In this document: positions 56,666-64,000 of the stretch, in pieces
How positions within the stretch are numbered: position 1 is the stretch's first letter
Layout of the letters: every line of letters starts with the position of its first letter
Assembly: GCF_011745625.1 (NCBI RefSeq)
Contig: NW_027191474.1
Span: 62,001-126,000, forward strand
Direction: 5' to 3'
From: Cladosporium halotolerans
Taxonomy: Eukaryota
Length of the DNA: 64,000 nucleotides
Position numbers and translations under genes: made by a program
Notes under the pieces: generated by a model
What the model saw: only the letters and a program-made list of their open reading frames with translations
Told to the model about the DNA's origin: nothing
The model's database searches: none

Positions 56666-58795
56666 TCACGCCACCTGCCCCACCAAGCCAATAAAAAGCG
56701 CCTGCGCCGCAACCTGCAGCGTCCACAGCCCCACCTTCCGCATACGCTTGGAAGTCCTGTCCGCATCTGTAATATCCCTGGAGAAAGCCTCGTACGTCTC
56801 CCTGCTTAGATCGTCCATGAGCCCCGAGTCGAAAATGGTCCATGAGCCGTCGAACTCGGCCTGCTCCTTGACGACGCGACAGTGGACGGGTATGAAGGCG
56901 CGCTTGGAGTTGATGTAGGCGACGATGGGGCGGACGAGGGCGTTGTTGACGTAGGAGAGGTCTTTCGTGAAGAGGGGGACGGAGGCGCGGACGTCGTTGA
57001 GGTGGACGCGGAGGTCGAAGATGATGAAGCGGGAGTCGCTGGGGGTTTGGCTGGGGGGCGAGGGGGCAGGCTTATGCTCGCGGTAGGAGTTTGTTGAGGG
57101 CTCGTGGTCGTTGTTATCGATCACGTTGTGGTTGTAGTTCATGCCGCGGTCTTTGTGGAACGGGGTTTGAACGTTGGCCACGGTGGCCTCCATGTGGTTG
57201 TAGAGGTCGTTGACGACCTTTACCAGGCCCTCGTCATCATCGCGCGGGATCGTGATGTCGGCAACGATGTCGACGTTGCCTTCGTGAATCCAGCTGAATG
57301 GACCTTCGACTCCGCGGTTGAGGTGATCGATCCTCAATCCGTCGAGGCGAAGACGGCTCTGCTTCTTCCATTGGCTGGAGTCACCGATGGAGGCCACGTT
57401 GCTGTTTGCAACACCAGTGTGGCCGTGCGCTTGTACTGGGTGTATGGTGAAGAGAGAGTTGTCGAAGGAGCCGCTCATTGTATTCGCGGAGAGGAAATCG
57501 TAGAACAGCCATTGCTTCCTCAGTCTGGGAAGCTCACAACTGAAGATGCTAATAGTAAAGGGTCGGAAGTTGTTCGGTTGGTAGAGGGTCAGAAGAACGT
57601 CCGACATCTTGAAGCTGTCGATTTCAAAGTCGCCAATGTTGTGTTGGTGGCGGTAACTCTTCGGATCCACAGGGACGTCAGACCAATGGACGAAAGTGCG
57701 ATCCACGACGCCGCGCACGCCTTTCACTTCAACATCGTGAAGCAGGCCCTTGCCATTGAACCATTTAGTGAAGGACAGCGTCACGTTGACTGTGTCGATG
57801 GTAACATCGAATTGCGTATAGTTGGTGTCCTCTTCCGAATCGGCTTCATCCTTCGGAGAATGACTTGCCGCAGCTGCCGCTGCTGCGGCTGCGGTAGACG
57901 AGCCTTTGCTGACGGCTCTGTCGCGGATGCGCATCTTTCCTGGTCGTCTGGAGACGAACACATTCCTGAAAGTGATCACGCCGTCACGCCATGTCGGCAC
58001 AATAGCAGACTCAAAGACGACTCTGAGACCCGAGGATCGCGTAAAGTATTCACCGATCCATCCGGCTAGCGTCTCCTGCGCGAACACGGTGTTCAGCGTG
58101 AGGAGGAGCAAGGAAACGAAAGTCGTGGTACCGACTACGATCCAAAGGACGTGCCCCCAGAAGATCCAGCTGAGAAATGCGAAGATCTCATCTACCCTGT
58201 ACGGTCGCACGGATCTGATGGAGAACCATTTGAAGCGGATCGACAGCCGGTGCCAGAAACCGGTCGCAGCTGCAAGCAATTCTTCCTTCGTTGGGCGATG
58301 GAGATGAGGCAGGCGATCTAGAAGATGGTGCTTGCTTCCTGCAGCAGCGCCTGGTGTTGTAGTGTCCTTGGCCGCGTTGCTTGCTTGCGAAGCATGGGCG
58401 TCTTTCTGTTCTGATTGCGACGCGCTCTTGTTCTCTTGCGATGTCTGATCGCTTTTCCACCGTATCTGGGCAAATCTAGCTATTTGAAGCGGTTGATCGG
58501 AGAATCGCAGTTCCTTTTGCGATCCTGTAGGACGACGCAATGACGCGCTTGAACGGTGTGAAGGTGTCGTCGCAGCGCTCAAGCATCGCGCTATCGCGGT
58601 AGTGGTGGAAGCATTTCGGGGCAGAATTGCGGCATTCCAGATGGCGCGTTTCGAGCTATTACTCCAAGGTGATAATAACGATGCACCAGTATTAATCCCA
58701 TAACGAGATGGGGCAAGGCCTCGGGCAATCGGAGGGGTGAACGCAGAGAGGGCGGCAAGCTGCTGGCGGCCTATCGTCGCGACATGGCGGCTCAT
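56666..58795 (-). CDS. MDM31: Mitochondrial distribution and morphology protein 31
   Basis: Presequence-like N-terminus. Motifs RPTKEELLAAATGFW, VFAQETLA, VVFESAIVP, NYTQFD and LRKQWLFYDFLSA. Confidence 0.95.
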   Translation of the reverse strand: MSRHVATIGRQQLAALSAFTPPIARGLAPSRYGINTGASLLSPWSNSSKRAIWNAAILPRNASTTTAIARCLSAATTPSHRSSASLRRPTGSQKELRFSDQPLQIARFAQIRWKSDQTSQENKSASQSEQKDAHASQASNAAKDTTTPGAAAGSKHHLLDRLPHLHRPTKEELLAAATGFWHRLSIRFKWFSIRSVRPYRVDEIFAFLSWIFWGHVLWIVVGTTTFVSLLLLTLNTVFAQETLAGWIGEYFTRSSGLRVVFESAIVPTWRDGVITFRNVFVSRRPGKMRIRDRAVSKGSSTAAAAAAAAASHSPKDEADSEEDTNYTQFDVTIDTVNVTLSFTKWFNGKGLLHDVEVKGVRGVVDRTFVHWSDVPVDPKSYRHQHNIGDFEIDSFKMSDVLLTLYQPNNFRPFTISIFSCELPRLRKQWLFYDFLSANTMSGSFDNSLFTIHPVQAHGHTGVANSNVASIGDSSQWKKQSRLRLDGLRIDHLNRGVEGPFSWIHEGNVDIVADITIPRDDDEGLVKVVNDLYNHMEATVANVQTPFHKDRGMNYNHNVIDNNDHEPSTNSYREHKPAPSPPSQTPSDSRFIIFDLRVHLNDVRASVPLFTKDLSYVNNALVRPIVAYINSKRAFIPVHCRVVKEQAEFDGSWTIFDSGLMDDLSRETYEAFSRDITDADRTSKRMRKVGLWTLQVAAQALFIGLVGQVA

Positions 58796-59243
58796 TGTGT
58801 TCTCATGGTGGACGGTGGGTCAGTCCAGACTGTGTGGATATGGACGTGTTGGGTCGTCAACGATGGTACGGACGGCGATGGTGTTGTTGGATTGTGCTGA
58901 TGTCGTCTCCAACCAGACAAAAGCAAGCAGGCCCAGCCAGACATGAAGCTTTCCAACTTTCCGACCGTCCATGACGGCGCTGCTGCTTCTGACGCACGGG
59001 CCATCCGCCAGCCGCCCAGGGATTTTTTCATGTGATCCGCGCTTGGACGAAGATTTTGGAGGCGCTAGTCTACTACACCTTGTGCTGTCTGACCCCGTCT
59101 GCGAAGTTGTACTGCAAATACCACATCGACAAACTCCTCCTACCCCTTAACGGGCTTTTTGCACTCCTACGAAATACGAAGACGAAGCAAAGCCTTCAAA
59201 GCATATAACATCACCCACCGCCACATCGAACAACCCCACCAAC

Positions 59244-60017
59244 ATGCCTGCCCCGACCGCTCTGCAGAGAGCGCCTGAAGACCTGGCCGTGGAAGAGACG
59301 ATCCACGACGCACCGCAATCCGCCGTCGACGACGACGTCCTCATTCACACGAGCACCCAACCGCAGCCCTTCCAGGAATCCGCCAACCAAGAGCCCGAGG
59401 CCTCCGAAATGCAAGTCGACAGCGAGAGCCGCCCCGTCTTCGCCCCCGAAGTCGCCTCCCCCACCGCCGCACGCAAGGAAGAGCGCAAGGTCCGCATCCC
59501 ACCGCACCGCATGACCCCTCTCAAGACCGCCTGGCCCAAGATTTACCCGCCGCTCGTCGAGCACCTGGGCCTGCAACTGCGCATGAACATCGCCAAGAAA
59601 GCCGTGGAGCTGCGCACCGGCGCGCAGACGGTCGACACCGGTGCGCTGCAGAAGGGCGTCGACTTCGTCACGGCGTTTACGCTGGGCTTCGACGTCGACG
59701 ACGCCATCGCCCTGCTGCGTCTGGACGACCTGTACATCGAGACATTCGAGGTGAAGGACGTGAAGACGCTGAACGGCGAGCACATGAGCAGAGCGGTTGG
59801 CCGTATTGCGGGCAAGGACGGCAAGACGAAGTTCGCGATAGAGAACGCGAGCAGGACGAGAATCGTGCTGGCGGATCAGAAGGTGCACATTCTTGGTGGC
59901 TTCAAGAACATCCACATTGCAAGAGAGGCGGTCGTGAGTTTGATCCTTGGTAGCCCGCCTGGAAAGGTTTATGGCAACCTCAGGACTGTTGCCGGCAGGA
60001 TGAAGGAGCGCATGTAG
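59244..60017 (+). CDS. PNO1: Pre-rRNA-processing KH-domain protein Pno1/Dim2
   Basis: Motifs IPPHRMTPLK..WPKIYPPLVEHL, DAIALLRLDDLY, GRIAGKDGKTKFAIEN and LILGSPPGKVYGNLR. Confidence 0.97.
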   Translation: MPAPTALQRAPEDLAVEETIHDAPQSAVDDDVLIHTSTQPQPFQESANQEPEASEMQVDSESRPVFAPEVASPTAARKEERKVRIPPHRMTPLKTAWPKIYPPLVEHLGLQLRMNIAKKAVELRTGAQTVDTGALQKGVDFVTAFTLGFDVDDAIALLRLDDLYIETFEVKDVKTLNGEHMSRAVGRIAGKDGKTKFAIENASRTRIVLADQKVHILGGFKNIHIAREAVVSLILGSPPGKVYGNLRTVAGRMKERM

Positions 60018-60725
60018 ATGCGCGACGGCTTATGACGAAAAAACTGGCTATGCTAGGGATTCTGTGGCATAGCACTGATGCTTATTGGGATGGAGGACAA
60101 GGAAAAAGCAGATGAAGGCATGATCACATTTTAGCGAGGCGTTTGGCGTGGGTTCGAAAATTGCATGAGAGCTATTTAGAGATTTGATATGAGGCAAAGC
60201 GTCTACGGACAGATTTCATGTTACCATTCCAGTGGTCAGAGTTTAAAGTGTTGCGGAGTGCTACAAATGCTGTCAGATACCTAGGATACAGTGGTTGTTT
60301 GCTCATGCATCGATTAGGGGTTACTAGGGTTGGGACATAACCCTAGTAACCCCAAGATGTCGACTTCACCAAAAACGCCACAGCACATTCACGGCTCTTT
60401 GACCTTGCGAGCCACCTTTGCTTTACCCGGTCATTTCAGCCTGCATCGCTTTTCTCAAATCGTGCTTCGTGTGAAACAAGATGGCTCCCAATCGCTTTCA
60501 CGTAGAGAATCGACCGACCCAACGCCGCTGAAATGATGTCGATCTGCCCCACTTCTCTGACTTCTGCAACACATCACCCAAGCGTTTTTGCTTGTGTTGG
60601 TAGATTGCTGAACAAAAAGAAAAACTTGCTCTGGACTAATTTTGAGACCTGATTTATCGACAATTCAACCTTGACTCGGAAAAGAGACAATATACAAAAG
60701 AAGGACTTGAACCGCCAGACCAACA

Positions 60726-61733
60726 ATGACCTCCCAACCCCAACCCCAACCTTCCCTTGAGGAAATCTACACGACCATTAAGGACCTCCTACCAACCTCA
60801 TCCCACCCCTCTCTCAGCAACTCCGTCATCCCCTCCCTCCTGCAAAGCATCCAGGCCGTCGCCTCGACCCTACGCACCTCGCAAACCATCTCCCAAGCCG
60901 GGACCGCCAATGCCTTCGGCGACGACCAGCTCAACGTCGACGTACAAGCCGAGAACGCCATCCGCGACGCCCTCGCCGCCTGTCCCGCCGTCGTAACAGC
61001 CAGCAGCGAAGAGGATCCCAAAGAAGTCTCCACCTCCTCCCCCTCCGCCACCGCCCCCGCCACCAACGAGCAATACACCGTCGCCTTCGACCCCCTCGAC
61101 GGCAGCTCCATCATCGCCCCCAACTGGACCGTAGGCAGCATAATCGGGATCTGGACCGGCTCCTCCGCCCTCCACCAGCTCCCCTCCAAATCCCAAATCG
61201 CCTCCATCCTCGGCATCTACGGCCCACGAACCACCGCCATCGTCGCCTGGCGCCTGCCCGACGGCAGCAGCTCCGCCTGCTTCGAGCTCGGCCTCTCATC
61301 CAACAGCGTCGAGATCGTCCGCCCCTCAGTCCGCTTCGCGCCTCCACCGTTCAAAACGCGGTACTTCGCGCCCGCGAACCTGCGCGCCGCGGCCGAAGAC
61401 GCGCGCTACTCGGCTCTCGTCTCCGCGTACATTTCGGAGAAATACACGCTGCGGTACAGCGGCGGGCTGGTGCCGGACGTCGTGCACGCGCTCGTGAAGG
61501 GCCACGGCGTGTACGTGTCGCCTGTGACGGAGGCGAGTAAGGCCAAGTTGAGGCGGCTGTATGAGTTGGCGCCGCTGGCGTTGATAGTGGAGTGTGCGGG
61601 GGGCAGGGCGGTGGATCCGGCGACGGGGAGGGAGGTGCTTGCGACCGAGGTTGGGGATTGTGATGAAAGGGGTGGGTTGGTGTGCGGGACGGGGGAGGAG
61701 GTGGGGAGGGTTTGTGAGGCGTTTGGGATTTGA
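60726..61733 (+). CDS. Sedoheptulose-1,7-bisphosphatase (FBPase class 1 fold)
   Basis: Motifs NAFGDDQLNVDV, SSEE, FDPLDGSSII, FAPANLRA, YTLRYSGGLVPDV and KLRRLYE. These are SBPase-type variants of the FBPase motifs. Confidence 0.88.
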   Translation: MTSQPQPQPSLEEIYTTIKDLLPTSSHPSLSNSVIPSLLQSIQAVASTLRTSQTISQAGTANAFGDDQLNVDVQAENAIRDALAACPAVVTASSEEDPKEVSTSSPSATAPATNEQYTVAFDPLDGSSIIAPNWTVGSIIGIWTGSSALHQLPSKSQIASILGIYGPRTTAIVAWRLPDGSSSACFELGLSSNSVEIVRPSVRFAPPPFKTRYFAPANLRAAAEDARYSALVSAYISEKYTLRYSGGLVPDVVHALVKGHGVYVSPVTEASKAKLRRLYELAPLALIVECAGGRAVDPATGREVLATEVGDCDERGGLVCGTGEEVGRVCEAFGI

Positions 61734-62494
61734 TGGGTGAGGGGTGAGTGAGAGAGGAGTGAGAGACTGAGAGTTGATGGGGGTTTGTTGATTAGACTAG
61801 ACGGTACCTGAGTGGTCTACTGACATAGTGAAAGCACTAGTGAGCCTCAAAAATGGTGTGGCTGTGCGGTGTGATAGACATGATATTCATGGGACCAGAG
61901 TGTGAATACAGAAGCTTCTCAAAGCAAACTGCTCCGTCGTGATGTTCATTTTTCTGGCGAGTTCAGTTTGTTCACTCATGATTCAATCAGAGCGCTAGAT
62001 CCCAGTACCCACAGTGTAGCAAAGGATCGGAACCTTTGGTCAGTGAATGTCGATGGAAGCAAGTGCAAGCCGGGAAAGAATTATCTCCTGCGCTTCCAAA
62101 CAGATTGAGCGAGATTCGAGCGCACACTGGATTACCCGAAGTCTCGGAAGAGTTCGTGCCATGGGTCAGTCCCGGCGGCCAAATCAGCAATGGGCAACTC
62201 CGTGCTTAGCATCTTCCCAACCGACGAGGCTGGTGATAAGAACGTCAGTGCTGGTGAACAATACTTAGGGAGTCTGATGAACGGGTCATCGCCTCGCGTT
62301 CTGCAATATACACCAGGAAGAAATGGAAGACTCCGGAGAATCAAGGCTCAAGTTCAATATATCATTGCTCTTCTGGTATTTCCATGCGCCTGTATATCCT
62401 CATGCCCACATCGGCAGGTGGAGTGATGTCACACCCATAGCAAGCTCTCCATCGGAAACCACATCCATATCATACAGCCTCTCGCCTTCCCCAT

Positions 62495-63346
62495 CTAATC
62501 CTTCTTCAACTCCATGTACTTCTCCTCAATCCCGTCCTTCGTAATGATGAACATCTGCAGCCCATCACCAACCTCGATCTGACGCTCAGCCGCACTCGTG
62601 AAAGAATCCGTCACGAGCTCCTCGACCGTCTGCCTCGAAAGCGGCTGCGGGGCCTTGGTGACCTTCTCCAAACCCGAGCCGGACGTGGGATCGTACTGGT
62701 TCTTGAGGTTGACCTGGTTGTCGAGGAACGGGGTGATGAGGGAGCTAGCGGCGCCGGCGGAGCGGCAGGTCTCGCGCTCGTAGGAGCCGACGGGGTCGTA
62801 GGAGTACAGGGCGCCGACGCCGTTCTCGTCCAGCCCGCCGAGGATGGCGTGGACGTAGTAGGGGAAGAAGCGCTTGTTGTAGAGGATGTGGCTGAGGCGC
62901 TGGGCGCAGGCGTGCACGCTCATCTCCTTGTTGTGCTGGAACTTGTACATCTTGACGACGGTGTCGAGGCGCTCCTTGAGCGCGTTGCCGTCGGCCGCGA
63001 AGCCGACGACAGACAGCACGATGCGCGCGCCCTCGTTGGCGCTGCCGGTGCCGCCGATCTTGAAGAGTTTGGGCGCGTAGCGAGAGTTGATGTTGTAGCC
63101 GCTGGTGCTGCGGGTGTCGCCTGCCAGGACGGCGAAGTCGGATCCTGTGATGCCGAGAGTGGTGCCACCGTTGTCTGTGTAGCTGGAGTGAGGGTTAGTG
63201 AGGTGGTGCTTGGAAGAACTGCATCGCGCTTAGACGTACGGGTAGAAGCCATGTTGTCTAGGGCCGCCTGCTACTGATTGAGGTGCTTGAGAGAAAGAGT
63301 ATCCGGGTTCTGAGGTGGGCATGGCGGACTGCATCATGGCGGCCAT
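62495..63346 (-). CDS. PRE7: 20S proteasome subunit beta-6 (Pre7/PSMB1); intron 63183-63239
   Basis: Motifs FYP|YTDNGG, LAGDTR, GFAADG, RFFPYY, YSYDPVGSYERE, PFLDNQV and ERQIEVGDGL. Confidence 0.96.
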
Positions 63347-64000
63347 CTTGGCCTGTGGAGCGGATTTTAAGGTGCTGGTGCTGGCGATGGTGGTGTAGAC
63401 GTGGAAGAGTTGTCGAGATCGGTCGTAAGCTCGTGCGATGGGAGTGTGAGGTTGAGATGTGGTTGGTGTTGGTGGTGGTGATTAGACGGCCGGGCCAGAC
63501 AGAGCTACACCTGCGCTGCGAGGCGGCCATCGAGTGACGACGCGAGCTGTTGCAGCACGGACCAGCTTCGTGTTTGGCCTCAGGCAGCCATATATTCAGC
63601 TTCATCAACGACCGCGATATGCGTCTCCTTGAGCGTGTCTTTAACGTTTCCTTCTCACTATTCACTAATACCGAAGCTATAATTCTGACTCAAGTCCGAA
63701 ATGACCTGGTATGTCCACAGTCTATTGCATGACCCTCGCAGAAACACATCCCAACCTCGATTGACGCCCCTCCACCATCCCCCGTCGATCCTCGAACACT
63801 CCAAAACTCACATCAAAACACAACGCCACGCCGCAAACACTCGAACAACACGAGCATTTTCGCGAACAGTGATGGCAGAACCAAACCTCACCTCCCTCTC
63901 AAGGCGCAAAACGAGACTGATAGCAAGAGCAAAGCACAGCAAGAATTGATACGGTACAGAGTGTGTGTCTGTCAGAGTCAAAGCTAACCAGCCGCCAACA

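Noticed and set aside
4780..63346. Apparent ubiquitin-proteasome theme (F-box, BTB-like pair, CSN1, PRE7)
   Set aside because: The genes are scattered over 58 kb among unrelated genes and such families are abundant, so there is no evidence of a cluster.

Overview
Eukaryotic DNA from a filamentous ascomycete. It has GT-AG introns with CTAAC-type branch points and intron-containing tRNAs. A 73-aa bacterial-type cold-shock protein and an HCh-1/HCf-1-like hydrophobin point to Cladosporium or a close Dothideomycete; this is inferred from recalled sequences, not a search. I rebuilt about 22 protein genes by hand. They include an MFS transporter/TauD dioxygenase pair, an F-box-like protein, two head-to-head BTB-like paralogs, secreted and GPI-anchored proteins, CSN1, two Zn2Cys6 regulators, a TIM-barrel dehydratase, a GMC oxidoreductase, a PTH11-like protein, a hybrid histidine kinase, a GH51 arabinofuranosidase, MDM31, PNO1, SBPase and proteasome beta-6. 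The window also has 3 tRNAs (Gly-GCC, Gln-CTG, Glu-CTC) and a 1110-bp deleted pogo/Fot1-type transposon with 43-bp TIRs and TA flanks. The most unusual items are: (1) an otherwise intact TauD gene with TAA at an expected Trp codon; (2) a five-copy tandem array of a kinase catalytic-loop segment with a RIP-like gradient; (3) the divergent BTB-like paralog pair around decayed DNA; (4) a Zn2Cys6 gene whose middle appears deleted; (5) two strong non-coding hairpins. No database searches were run, so all family calls are motif recognition.
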